A stretch of 64,000 nucleotides of DNA. Source: Rhodospirillaceae bacterium. GTDB taxonomy: Bacteria > Pseudomonadota > Alphaproteobacteria > Rhodospirillales > Casp-alpha2. Numbering within the stretch: position 1 is the stretch's first letter; every line of letters begins with the position of its first letter. The stretch lies in assembly GCA_018698795.1 (NCBI GenBank), contig JABIPG010000104.1, positions 8,011-72,010 on the forward strand, written 5' to 3'. The notes beneath the pieces are model-generated. The model was not told the origin of the DNA, made no database searches, and saw nothing but the letters and a program-made list of their open reading frames with translations. A program made the translations under genes and the position numbers. Shown piece by piece: positions 18,567-27,746 of the stretch.

Positions 18567-18761
18567 GCGCTTGGTCCTTGCCTTCGAGCGTTATGGAAGA
18601 ACATCCAACTGTTGGACATCCGCCGCCTAGTCCCTGGTCATCGCCTCCGGGGAGTGAGCCGGCAGAGCGAATATACAGCTTTTGCACTTGCGGGAAAGCG
18701 CTTTGGGTAGCCATGCATGGCGGCATGCGGCAGGCTTATTTCACAGGCCTATTCGACGAGG
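18567..18761 (-). promoter_or_regulatory. 195-nt leader/promoter region of the cbiX-cobH-cobL-cobI-cbiGH-(CigR-like)-cobM operon; cobalamin riboswitch NOT confirmed
   Basis: Contains the perfect 12-nt palindrome GCCATGCATGGC (18710-18721), the adjacent GCATGC, and the inverted repeat TCCAAC-T-GTTGGA (18604-18616). Only weak resemblance to B12-riboswitch core elements (minus strand CCCGCAAGTGCAAA vs consensus CCCGCAACTGTAA). Confidence 0.35.
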
Positions 18762-19931
18762 TTACTCTGCGGCGGGACGGCGCGCCGGGGGAAGCGTCGT
18801 GGCGCGTTTTTCGAACACTTCCGCTTCTTCCTCGCGGCCAAGGCCTTTGAGCACGGAAGCGTAATTGCGCAAGCCCGTGACAAGACTGGGGTGGCCGGGA
18901 TCGAAATGCATTTCCTTGATGTCCAGCGCGCGCTTCAGCAATGGCTCGGCGGCTTCCAGGTTGCCCTGCTTTTTGTACAGCAGCGCCAAGTTGTTGAGAT
19001 CAGTGGCCACACCCGGATGGTCATCGCCCAGCGTTTGCTCGTCGATCTTCAACGAGCGCTGATACAAAGGCTCGGCGCGACCGTAATCACCGCGCGAGTA
19101 ATATAAGAGCGCCAAGTTGTTCAGCGCCGCCGCCACGTCGGGGTGGTTTTTACCCAGTCGGCGTTGCAGCAAATCCAGCGATTGCTCGAACGACCCGATG
19201 GCCGCTAACGGATCACCGGCTTGATAGGCGGCTGTGCCGTGCTTGTTGAAAATCTCGGCCAGCAGTTCCTCGTGCGCATCGGGCAGCAATTCCACCGCAT
19301 CGGCGAACTGCCGCGATGCCGCTTTTGGATCCAACTGCGCCATCATCAAATCACCGGCGACGGACTTGGCCAATGCGGCCGCCATCAAATGCTTAGCCGC
19401 CGCGTCGCGGGCATGCACGCCATCGCGGCCTTCGTCATTGCCGAGGCTAGTGAGCATTAGCATGGCGTCTTCGAATTTGCCGGCTTCCAGCGCTTCGCGG
19501 GCGGCTTCGGCGTCGACGTCGCGGGCCGGGTCGCCGGGCATCAGGTCGCGAAGGTTTTGGCGCATGTCTTTCAGGGCGGAAGCGAATTCCCGCACCTTGG
19601 TATCAAGCTCATTGGCGGACACGTCGCGCCCTTCCAGAAATTCCCGGTAGGCGACGACAGCTGGATTTTCGGGCGGCGGCAGTGCCTTGCGCACGGGCGC
19701 GGCAGGTGCAGCGCTTTCTGTTGGGCGCGGGCTCGCAGGCGCGCGGCCCCGGCGGCTGAGCGCGTAGCCTACCAGTACGCCGACAGCAATGGCGATGACG
19801 GCCACAACGCTAACCATCATCCAGGTCGGCATGGCGGCGAAGAACTGCCGCAAAGCCTCAACCAGTGCCTGACCTGCGTCTTTTAATTCCATGCCTATTG
19901 GTACCCCATAATCCGCCTGAAAATACACCAT
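18762..19931 (-). CDS. Membrane-anchored tetratricopeptide-repeat (TPR_10/12-like) protein
   Basis: TM helix WMMVSVVAVIAIAVGVLVGYAL. The C-terminal half has repeated ...A.ALNNLALLY...G.Y..AEPLY.R.L.I units. Start uncertain (ATG 19931 or 19892). Confidence 0.75.
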   Translation of the reverse strand: MVYFQADYGVPIGMELKDAGQALVEALRQFFAAMPTWMMVSVVAVIAIAVGVLVGYALSRRGRAPASPRPTESAAPAAPVRKALPPPENPAVVAYREFLEGRDVSANELDTKVREFASALKDMRQNLRDLMPGDPARDVDAEAAREALEAGKFEDAMLMLTSLGNDEGRDGVHARDAAAKHLMAAALAKSVAGDLMMAQLDPKAASRQFADAVELLPDAHEELLAEIFNKHGTAAYQAGDPLAAIGSFEQSLDLLQRRLGKNHPDVAAALNNLALLYYSRGDYGRAEPLYQRSLKIDEQTLGDDHPGVATDLNNLALLYKKQGNLEAAEPLLKRALDIKEMHFDPGHPSLVTGLRNYASVLKGLGREEEAEVFEKRATTLPPARRPAAE

Positions 19932-20054
19932 CTTTTATTAACCAAAGATGAGCGCCTATTGACGTGCGCGCCCAAGGCCCGGCATGCTCCGGCAATGTTT
20001 ACTTTCGGACCCCTGGGCGAATCGTTGGGCGGATCATTGGGCGGCGTGCCGGGC

Positions 20055-21035
20055 ATGCACGCTGGGTTGGATCCGCTGATCCTGCTTTTGCTGGCGCTTG
20101 TGATGGATGCCTACGTGGGCGACCCGAAATTCCTGTTCCGTTTCGTCAAACATCCCGTGGTTTGGCTCGGCGGGCTGATTGATGCCCTCGACCGCAAACT
20201 CAATCGTGACAAACGCGGCAATGTGGATCGCTTGATCCGCGGCGCGTTGGTCGTTGTATTCATCGTCGTGCTCACCGGCGCCATCGGTATCGGCGTTGCC
20301 TGGATCACCTTCACTCATCCCTGGGGCTGGCCGCTGGAGCTGTTTTTGGTGATGACGCTATTGGCCGGGCGGGGGCTCTATGACCATGTGCGCGCCGTGG
20401 CCAAGGGCTTGGGCGAAAGCGTTGAGGCTGGGCGTGAGGCGGTTAGTCACATCGTCGGGCGCGACCCGGCGCAGCTGGACCAGCATGGCGTGGCCAGGGC
20501 GGGCATCGAAAGTTTGGCCGAGAATTTCGCCGACGGCGTCGTGGCGCCGGTGTTTTGGTATGTGCTGTTCGGCTTTCCGGGCCTGGCCATCTACAAGGCC
20601 GTGAACACCATGGATTCGATGATCGGCCACAACAACGCCCGCTATCGCTATTTCGGCATGGCGGCGGCGCGATTGGATGATGTGCTGAATTTGATTCCGG
20701 CCCGATTGGCGGGGTTGTTCATTACTTTCGCTGCCGTTTTCACCCCGACCGCCAACCCCGCCGCGGCGTTCAAGGTGATGCTGCGCGACGCTGGCAAGCA
20801 CCGCTCTCCCAATGCAGGTTGGGCCGAAGCCCCTATGGCCGGCGCGCTCGGATTGGCGCTGGCGGGCCCCCGGCGGTATGCTGATCATGTCGTCGATGAC
20901 CCTTGGATCGGCGACGGGCGCGCACGCGTGACAGTGAAAGACATGCATCGTGCGCTTTATTTGTACATCGTCGCCAACCTGATGAACGTCGGTTTTGTCG
21001 CCGCCCTAGCAGTGGTAAGGATCGGAGATGGCTGA
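20055..21035 (+). CDS. cbiB: Adenosylcobinamide-phosphate synthase (CbiB/CobD)
   Basis: Membrane protein. N-terminus LLLLALVMDAYVGDP...HPVVWLG and SPNAGW motif typical of CbiB. Start uncertain (19959 / 19995 / 20055). Confidence 0.85.
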   Translation: MHAGLDPLILLLLALVMDAYVGDPKFLFRFVKHPVVWLGGLIDALDRKLNRDKRGNVDRLIRGALVVVFIVVLTGAIGIGVAWITFTHPWGWPLELFLVMTLLAGRGLYDHVRAVAKGLGESVEAGREAVSHIVGRDPAQLDQHGVARAGIESLAENFADGVVAPVFWYVLFGFPGLAIYKAVNTMDSMIGHNNARYRYFGMAAARLDDVLNLIPARLAGLFITFAAVFTPTANPAAAFKVMLRDAGKHRSPNAGWAEAPMAGALGLALAGPRRYADHVVDDPWIGDGRARVTVKDMHRALYLYIVANLMNVGFVAALAVVRIGDG

Positions 21036-21993
21036 AAACAGTTACGACGAAGGCCGCTTGAACCTGCCGTTCGTTGGTCATTGCACTTTCGGCAAACAAC
21101 CGCCCGTGCTTGATTGGGATGCGATTGAAGCTGACGTGGCAGTTCTCGGTGCGCCGTTTGACATGGGCACGCAGTACCGTGCCGGCGCGCGGTTTGGCCC
21201 CCGCGCCATCAGGGAGGCCTCGACGCTGTTTTCGTTCGGGCATGGCGGCGCCTACGATTTCGAGGATGACATCACCTATCTGCCCGCCGATCAGGTCTCG
21301 ATCGTCGATATCGGCGACGCCGACATGATCCATACCGACACCATCAAAAGCCACGACAACATCGAGTTCGGCGTGCGCAAAATCATCAAAGCCGGCGCGC
21401 TGCCGGTGGTGCTCGGCGGTGACCATAGCGTGCACATTCCCTGCATCCGCGCCTTCGATGATCAAGACCCCGTGCATATCATTCACATCGATGCGCACCT
21501 GGATTTTGTCGATGAGCGCCACGGCGTGCGATATGGGCACGGCAATCCGCTCAGGCGCGCGTCGGAAATGGCGCACGTTACCGGCTTTACGCAGCTCGGC
21601 ATCCGCAACGTGTCGTCATCCAATCGCTCGGACTACGGGGCGGCCCGGGCGGCTGGCTCCGATATTTTGTCTGTGCGCGATGTGCGCAGGCTTGGCACCG
21701 CGGGCGTCTTGGCGCGTATCCCCGAAGGGAAACGTTATTACCTGACCATCGACATCGATGGCTTCGACCCCTCCATTGCGCCCGGCACCGGCACGCCTAG
21801 CCACGGCGGCTTTCTGTATTACGAAGTGCTGGAGATCCTGCAGGGTTTGACGAGCAAAGGCGATGTGGTCGGGCTTGATTTGGTCGAGGTCGCCCCCGAT
21901 TACGACCACACCGGTTCAACGGCGTTCCTCGCCGCGCAATTGCTGATGAATGTCTTGGGTTTCATTTTTCACGCCAAGGGTAAAAGCGCTTAA
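21028..21993 (+). CDS. Arginase-family ureohydrolase (agmatinase / guanidino-acid hydrolase-like)
   Basis: Mn-binding motifs GGDHS, HIDAHLD and DIDGFDPS. The ATG overlaps the cbiB stop by 8 nt (ATGGCTGA). Confidence 0.85.
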   Translation: MAENSYDEGRLNLPFVGHCTFGKQPPVLDWDAIEADVAVLGAPFDMGTQYRAGARFGPRAIREASTLFSFGHGGAYDFEDDITYLPADQVSIVDIGDADMIHTDTIKSHDNIEFGVRKIIKAGALPVVLGGDHSVHIPCIRAFDDQDPVHIIHIDAHLDFVDERHGVRYGHGNPLRRASEMAHVTGFTQLGIRNVSSSNRSDYGAARAAGSDILSVRDVRRLGTAGVLARIPEGKRYYLTIDIDGFDPSIAPGTGTPSHGGFLYYEVLEILQGLTSKGDVVGLDLVEVAPDYDHTGSTAFLAAQLLMNVLGFIFHAKGKSA

Positions 21994-22504
21994 GAGGCCC
22001 TTCGAGCGAAAAACGCAGGTTATCCCCCCTCCCTTCACGAGCTTCGTTCGTGGTAGAGGAACTAGGGTCCGGAGGGGCGTGTCGACCACAAACCGGGGTC
22101 AGAAGCCCTTGTTTTTCAATAACATCAAAAAAAATCTGGGGAACGAACCCAATTTTCTCAGTAACGAGACGAGCGACGTTTCTCGACCGACTCCAACAAT
22201 CTCGCTCTCAGCAAGTATCGGTCCCGGTCACAATCCTATTCACCATGTCGAATAGCGCGCCGTCACCAGCCATGGAAATCGGAAGCCGATGATGCGAAAA
22301 GCAGAATAACGGTCTTTTCAGAAAAGTCAATAAAAACCTATATATGGAATTTAATACCATTAACGTATTTTGTTGGCTTGTTGATGGCAAACTGGCGCAT
22401 GCATCAAAATCCGCGAACCTTCCGTTCGTGATTCTCAACAACGTCAGCCGATCTATTTCCGATTTTCTCGACTATTGTGTCGAGATGTCGAAAAGCTCTG
22501 AGCC

Positions 22505-23395
22505 TTATCGGTCTGAGAAAATATCCGCCAATAACTCGAACTCAGCGACCCGAGGCGACGAAGACCGCCAAGCCAACCCTATTTGACGAAACGCGGCATC
22601 TCGCATCGGCGTGAGTTGAATTTTGGTGCCGTCAATTATCCCAGATTCGATCGCGAGATGCGGTAGCAGCGTCACCCCTAGTCCCGCCGAAACCATTTGA
22701 ACCAGCGTATGGAGACTCGTGGCCTCGAACTGGGTGCGAATTTGCGATTCATGGATTCGACAGGCTTCCAGCGCATGCCCACGCAAGCAATGACCTTCCT
22801 CCAAAAGCAAGAGAGGCTTATCTGCCAAGTCGGCGACGTCGATCTTGGGTTGCGCGGACAGCGGATGGTTTGAATTGCAGGCAAACTGAAACTCATCGTC
22901 GAATAGGACCCTGGTTACCAAGTCTCCGGTCTCAAATGGCAACGCAATGAGTGCAATGTCGATGTCGCCGGCATGCAGTTGCGTGAGCAATGATTGGGTC
23001 GGCTCTTCACGCAAATAGAGGCGTAAATCCGGGTACATATCGTTCAGAACAGGCGTGACCTTGGGCAAAACAAACGGGGCGATCGTCGGGATCACGCCCA
23101 GCTTCATATCACCCGTCAGTGGTTCTCGATGCGCTGCGGCCAGTTCCATGATGTCTTCAGCATCGCGCAAAAGCTGTTGCGCTTTCGCCGCAATCTCGAG
23201 TCCCAAAGGCGTCATGAGAACTTTCCGTTTGGTGCGCTCTGCCAGGGATATCCCGAGAATGGCTTCCAGGTCCCGTATGCCGGCACTTAACGTGGAAGGC
23301 GTAATGCTGCAAAGCTCAGATGCCCGCCCGAAATGGTGAGTGCCAGCCAGCGCCGTGAGGTATTCCAACTGTTTGAGGCTTGGTAGTAATTTCAT
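22505..23395 (-). CDS. oxyR: LysR-family peroxide sensor OxyR
   Basis: LysR wHTH (LEYLTALAGTHHFGRASELCSITPSTLSAGIRDLE). Redox Cys pair context LLLEEGHCLRGHALEACR resembles OxyR C199/C208. Divergent from a catalase gene. Confidence 0.8.
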   Translation of the reverse strand: MKLLPSLKQLEYLTALAGTHHFGRASELCSITPSTLSAGIRDLEAILGISLAERTKRKVLMTPLGLEIAAKAQQLLRDAEDIMELAAAHREPLTGDMKLGVIPTIAPFVLPKVTPVLNDMYPDLRLYLREEPTQSLLTQLHAGDIDIALIALPFETGDLVTRVLFDDEFQFACNSNHPLSAQPKIDVADLADKPLLLLEEGHCLRGHALEACRIHESQIRTQFEATSLHTLVQMVSAGLGVTLLPHLAIESGIIDGTKIQLTPMRDAAFRQIGLAWRSSSPRVAEFELLADIFSDR

Positions 23396-23547
23396 GATTT
23401 CAGCGTTTTCAATAATTCGTAATTTCCACTTTATATAACGATTTTATATCAATTTACAGTTTTATCAATGGGACCTACTTTCACTCCAGTCGCGGTCGAA
23501 CAAGACGTTTTCGATCGACCGCTTATTGACAAAAGGAGAGAAAAATC
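23396..23547. promoter_or_regulatory. Divergent oxyR / catalase promoter region with AT-rich repeats (candidate OxyR operator)
   Basis: Inverted repeat ATATAA-cgatt-TTATAT (23433-23449) and direct repeats TTTTAT(AT)CAAT (23442-23453, 23460-23469). Strong RBS AAGGAGAG before the catalase ATG. Confidence 0.4.
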
Positions 23548-25005
23548 ATGTCGAAATGCCCAATGATGACCTCGGCCAACGGCAGTCCCGTCGCCGACAA
23601 CCAGAACAGCCTGACAGTTGGGCCACGTGGACCGCTCATGGCCCAAGACTGGCACCTGTTTGAGAAGCACGCACACTTCAACCGCGAGCGTATTCCCGAG
23701 CGGGTGGTCCATGCGAAAGGCTCCGGTGCTTACGGGAAGCTCACCATTACCGGCGACATCAGCAAATACACCAAGGCCAAAGTCTTCGAGCCGGGAAAAG
23801 AGACGGAATGCTTCCTGCGATTCTCAACGGTCGCCGGGGAAAAAGGCGCCTCCGATGCGGAGCGCGACGTGCGAGGGTTCGCGGTCAAATTCTATACCGA
23901 AGAAGGCAACTGGGATATCGTCGGAAACAACACACCGGTGTTCTTTATCCGTGATCCCTACAAGTTCATGGATTTCATCCACAGCCAGAAACGCCATCCT
24001 CAGACCAATCTGCGAGACGCCACGATGCAATGGGATTTCTGGTCGCACGCTCCGGAAGCCCTGCATCAGATTACGATCCTGATGTCGGATCGAGGCCAAC
24101 CCAAGACCTATCGCCACATGAACGGATATGGTTCCCATACTTATAGCCTGATCAATGCTGAGGGGGAGCGGTTTTGGGTGAAATTCCACTTTAAGACCGA
24201 ACAGGGACACCAGACCAACAGCAACGACGACGTGGCTAAGATCATTGGTGAGGACCGTGAAAGCCACCAAGGCGATCTCTACAATGCAATCGAGGGCGGA
24301 GACTTCCCGAGATGGAAACTCAAAGTGCAGATCATGTCTGAGGCGCAGGCGGCGAAAACCGACTACAACCCCTTCGACTTAACCAAGGTCTGGCCCCACG
24401 CCGATTTTCCGCTGATCGAAGTTGGCACGCTGGAACTGAACCGCAATCCGGAAAACTATTTCGCCGAAGTGGAGCAGGCCGCTTTCACGCCGGCCAATAT
24501 CGTGCCCGGTATTGGTCACAGTCCGGATAAGGTCTTGCAGATGCGCATCCTCTCGTATGGTGACGCGCAACGCTATCGGGTCGGGGCAAATCATCAAGCC
24601 TTACCGGTCAACGCGCCAAGATGCCCCGTGCACAATTACCAGCGGGACGGCGCCATGCGCTTCGATGGTAACGGCGCTAGCGCGGTGAACTATCAGCCCA
24701 ACAGTTTCGATGGGCCGATCGAAGACCCCTCGATCAAAGAGCCACCACTGGCAACGTCCGGAGATATCGACCGTTTTGATCACCGGGACGGAAATGACGA
24801 CTTCAAACAAGCCGGTGACTTGTTCCGGATCATGTCCAAGGATGAGCAAGACCGTTTGACTGAAACCATCGCCGGGGCCATGGCCGGCGTGCCCGAAGAG
24901 ATCATCACCCGGCAAATCAGGTATTTCTTAAAGGCCGACCCCAACTATGGAGCCGGAATCGTGAAAGGACTGCAGAAAAATAAGTCCGCATCATCACCCA
25001 CCTAA
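23548..25005 (+). CDS. katA: Monofunctional heme catalase (small-subunit type)
   Basis: 485 aa with [35 protein letters not shown] and [11 protein letters not shown] motifs diagnostic of typical catalases. Confidence 0.9.
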   Translation: MSKCPMMTSANGSPVADNQNSLTVGPRGPLMAQDWHLFEKHAHFNRERIPERVVHAKGSGAYGKLTITGDISKYTKAKVFEPGKETECFLRFSTVAGEKGASDAERDVRGFAVKFYTEEGNWDIVGNNTPVFFIRDPYKFMDFIHSQKRHPQTNLRDATMQWDFWSHAPEALHQITILMSDRGQPKTYRHMNGYGSHTYSLINAEGERFWVKFHFKTEQGHQTNSNDDVAKIIGEDRESHQGDLYNAIEGGDFPRWKLKVQIMSEAQAAKTDYNPFDLTKVWPHADFPLIEVGTLELNRNPENYFAEVEQAAFTPANIVPGIGHSPDKVLQMRILSYGDAQRYRVGANHQALPVNAPRCPVHNYQRDGAMRFDGNGASAVNYQPNSFDGPIEDPSIKEPPLATSGDIDRFDHRDGNDDFKQAGDLFRIMSKDEQDRLTETIAGAMAGVPEEIITRQIRYFLKADPNYGAGIVKGLQKNKSASSPT

Positions 25006-25093
25006 CAACGGGACCGTCGCTGCGCCATGGAGAAACATCGGTGCAGCGGCGGGATGTTAGAAAAGCACGTTTTCGTCTTACATAAGGAATAAC

Positions 25094-25570
25094 TTGATGC
25101 GCAAATTAGTGGTAATTGTCTCAATCGTTTGGATCGCCGGTTTCGCCATGGGCAATGCCTTTTGGTACTTGGCCAGCCCCCTATGGATTGACCGAACCGT
25201 TTCTGAGCACGTCCCCACGCTCAACCCGCAAACGGCACTCAAGACGGGAGAGTTCATGAATGCCGATAGCGCCCATCGCGGGCAGGGTGCCGCGGCCATC
25301 ACGAAAACTGATGGTGGCCGGAAGATGGTCTCATTCACTAACTTCAAGGTGACGAATGGACCGGACTTAAAAGTCTACGTGGTTGAAGCCAGTACCGTCT
25401 CAAACTCAGACAGCGTACTCCAGAGCCGTCATCGGAGCCTCGGCACGTTAAAAGGTAACATCGGCAATCAAAACTACGCCATACCCGATGACCTCGAATT
25501 CGAAGTCGGGTCAGTCGTCATCTGGTGTGAGCAGTTTTCTGTGTTATTCAGTGCCGCCGCTCTGAAGTAA
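25094..25570 (+). CDS. DM13 domain-containing protein (secreted or membrane anchored)
   Basis: N-terminal hydrophobic anchor. FTNFKVTNGPDLKVYVV ... LGTLKGNIGNQNYAIP ... VVIWCEQFSVLFSAAAL matches the DM13 pattern as I recall it. Confidence 0.7.
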   Translation: MMRKLVVIVSIVWIAGFAMGNAFWYLASPLWIDRTVSEHVPTLNPQTALKTGEFMNADSAHRGQGAAAITKTDGGRKMVSFTNFKVTNGPDLKVYVVEASTVSNSDSVLQSRHRSLGTLKGNIGNQNYAIPDDLEFEVGSVVIWCEQFSVLFSAAALK

Positions 25571-25777
25571 GGATACCGGATCTCTGCGTTCTCTTCTGAA
25601 GCGCCAACTGTAGAAAGTTGCGATGTTTTTCATGGCGCTTCAGTCGCACGGCAGTGTCCGCTCATGGTTAACTGCCGTACTTATCATCGCCGACAATTTA
25701 ACCGCCCCAGGCATCATCGCTGTCATCATGCGCGGGCTTGAATGTTCTTTTCAAAACGCTCCGGCGGCGGTGTGCCG

Positions 25778-26743
25778 TCAGCCCTGTTTCTCCTGTTGGT
25801 GACGCCAGGCGACGAAGCCGCCGGACGCTGCGATCAAGACCATGCCGGCGAACATCCAGGCGTCGGGCAAATCGCGCCAGATGACGAAACCCCAGAACGT
25901 TGCCCATATGAGATAGGAAAAATCGAACGGCGCCAGCCAGCTCGCCTCGGCGCTTTGGTAGGCTTTCGCCAGGCTGATGTTGGCCGTTAAGTTGAGCACT
26001 GAACAAAACGCAATGACGCCATAGACCGACGTATCGACCCAGCTCCAGCCGGTGAAGATATAGGGCCAGGCGGCGGCTTGTTCGACCCACGGCTGCGGCG
26101 TGAACACGATCAGCCCGGTGATGCCTAATGTCAGGAACATCACGGCGACGCCCATGGCCAGCGTTACGGGTGATTCGTCGCGGCAGAGCTTACGCGTCGT
26201 CAAGATGGTGCAGGCGTAGAAAAAACCGGCGCTTACCGGCAACAACGAAATCGGCGTGAAGGCATCGGTTCCGGGTTTGAGGATCATCAGCGTGCCGCAA
26301 AAGCCAACGAGAATAGCAACGATGCGGCGCGGCCCGACCTTTTCGCCCAATACGAAATGGGACAGCACGCCCACGAACAAAGGAAACACGTACAGCCCGG
26401 CGGCGATCTCGGCGAGGCTCAAGAACGGCACGCCCGAGAAGAACGTTACCATCGCGCCGCACAGAAGCAGACTTCGCGCCATCACCGCCCAAAGCCGTAT
26501 CGGTGGCGTCAGCCTTCCGGCCAGCACGAAGCGCACGAAAATCGTGAGTAGCATGAGATTGAACGCCGAGCGGAAAAACTGGAACTGCCAAAGTGAGATG
26601 CCTGTACTGGTCCACTTGATAATGGCGTCTTGCAGCCCCAGCATGAACAGTGCGCCGATCATCAGCATCGCCGCCAATGGCGGATTATCCGTAGATGGTC
26701 CGGCCAAAAGCCCTCGAACTTTCAGGACGATCCTATTGGGCAT
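25778..26743 (-). CDS. DMT-superfamily (EamA-like) transporter
   Basis: 321 aa, about 10 TM segments in two EamA-like halves. Confidence 0.8.
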   Translation of the reverse strand: MPNRIVLKVRGLLAGPSTDNPPLAAMLMIGALFMLGLQDAIIKWTSTGISLWQFQFFRSAFNLMLLTIFVRFVLAGRLTPPIRLWAVMARSLLLCGAMVTFFSGVPFLSLAEIAAGLYVFPLFVGVLSHFVLGEKVGPRRIVAILVGFCGTLMILKPGTDAFTPISLLPVSAGFFYACTILTTRKLCRDESPVTLAMGVAVMFLTLGITGLIVFTPQPWVEQAAAWPYIFTGWSWVDTSVYGVIAFCSVLNLTANISLAKAYQSAEASWLAPFDFSYLIWATFWGFVIWRDLPDAWMFAGMVLIAASGGFVAWRHQQEKQG

Positions 26744-26758
26744 CGTTCACACCACCGT

Positions 26759-27649
26759 TCAATCTGGCGCCCCCTCGAACCGCGCGCGTTTCGCCCGCAA
26801 CGCCTTGAACAAAAAGTCCGTCGCCGCGCGCACCCGGGGTGAGCGCAGCACGTCACCATGAGACAGCAGCCACAATCCGGCCACCGGCGCTTTACCAGGG
26901 ATTTCGGTGCGGGTTAGTTTGCCCGACCCGTCGCCGACGAACCTCGGCAGCATGGCATGGCCGAGACCATTTTCCGCCAAGGTCAACAGGTTGGAAAAAC
27001 TGTTGGTGCGCAGCACGGTCTGGCTGACCGGCACCATCTGTTGCATCCATTCGCCGGCAACCGAGCCGGTCAACGGCGGCGCCAGGCCCAGCCAATGCCA
27101 ATTTTCCAGCGCGATATCGGCTGTCTCTTTTGCAACGCGCGGTGTCGCATAGATGCCGAACCGAAGATCGCAAATTCGGCGACCAACCAAGTGCGCGGGC
27201 GGGTTGCTCGACGCCCGAATGGCGATATCCGATTCACGCCGATCCAGGTTGAGGCGGTCGTTGGCGACAGTGACATCAAGCACAATGCCCGGATGTTGGC
27301 GACGGAACGCGGCGATGTCATCCATCAGCACGGCAATAATCGTGTCGGTGGAGGTAATCGACAGCGGGCCTTGGAGGTCGGTGTCGCTGCCGGCGATTTT
27401 TCGCTCTAGGTCGGCCACCGTTGTTTCGATGGCGCGGGCGGCGTCGAGAAAAATCTCGCCTTCCGGCGTTGGCCGGTAGCCGCTGCGGAGACGCTCGAAG
27501 ATCCGCACGTTGAGGGTTTTTTCAAATGCCTGAACCCGGCGCAATACGGTCGTGTGGTTGACGCCAAGCGCACGTGCGGCGGCGGCGACGGAACCAGCGC
27601 TGGCCACGCTCAACACGAATTCCAGATCACTCCAGCGATACTTGTGCAT
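26759..27649 (-). CDS. LysR-family transcriptional regulator
   Basis: N-terminal wHTH SVASAGSVAAAARALGVNHTTVLRRVQAFE plus a LysR substrate-binding domain. Divergent from the cytochrome c' gene. Confidence 0.85.
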   Translation of the reverse strand: MHKYRWSDLEFVLSVASAGSVAAAARALGVNHTTVLRRVQAFEKTLNVRIFERLRSGYRPTPEGEIFLDAARAIETTVADLERKIAGSDTDLQGPLSITSTDTIIAVLMDDIAAFRRQHPGIVLDVTVANDRLNLDRRESDIAIRASSNPPAHLVGRRICDLRFGIYATPRVAKETADIALENWHWLGLAPPLTGSVAGEWMQQMVPVSQTVLRTNSFSNLLTLAENGLGHAMLPRFVGDGSGKLTRTEIPGKAPVAGLWLLSHGDVLRSPRVRAATDFLFKALRAKRARFEGAPD

Positions 27650-27746
27650 ATACGCACATCATAACGGCCATTTTACCCAATTGATACTGATTGTGTGCAT
27701 AGGATAGGTCTAGAGCCTCAATGATATTTCACGGGAGCCAACCACA

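Noticed and set aside
17385-18710. 441-aa ORF on the + strand opposite cbiX/cobH. Similar long antisense or out-of-frame ORFs occur at 366-1223, 13931-15187, 32417-33364, 42075-42950, 43585-44619, 48689-49834 and 60128-61120.
   Set aside because: They overlap well-supported genes. Their products are Arg/Ala/Pro/Gly-rich with no motifs. They are the expected stop-codon-poor alternative frames of high-GC or repeat-encoding DNA.
18567-18761. Canonical cobalamin riboswitch upstream of the cbiX operon
   Set aside because: I could not find the GGGAA/GGTG...AA.CC core, GCCACTG, or a convincing B12 box on either strand. It is kept only as an open question in the findings and needs a covariance-model search. 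I also saw nothing riboswitch-like upstream of cbiB (19932-20054) or cbiD (9887-9932).
25014-25052. 10-bp stem (CCGTCGCTGC / GCAGCGGCGG) after the catalase gene as a terminator
   Set aside because: It has a 19-nt loop and no following U-tract, and the DM13 gene starts 40 nt later and may be co-transcribed. Evidence is insufficient.
25596-25678. Hairpins in the DM13 / DMT convergent spacer (CTGAAGCGCC...GGCGCTTCAG with a 28-nt loop; ACGGCAGT...ACTGCCGT with a 15-nt loop) as terminators
   Set aside because: The loops are large and there is no adjacent T-run on either strand. They are plausible structures but not confident intrinsic terminators, so they are not listed as features.
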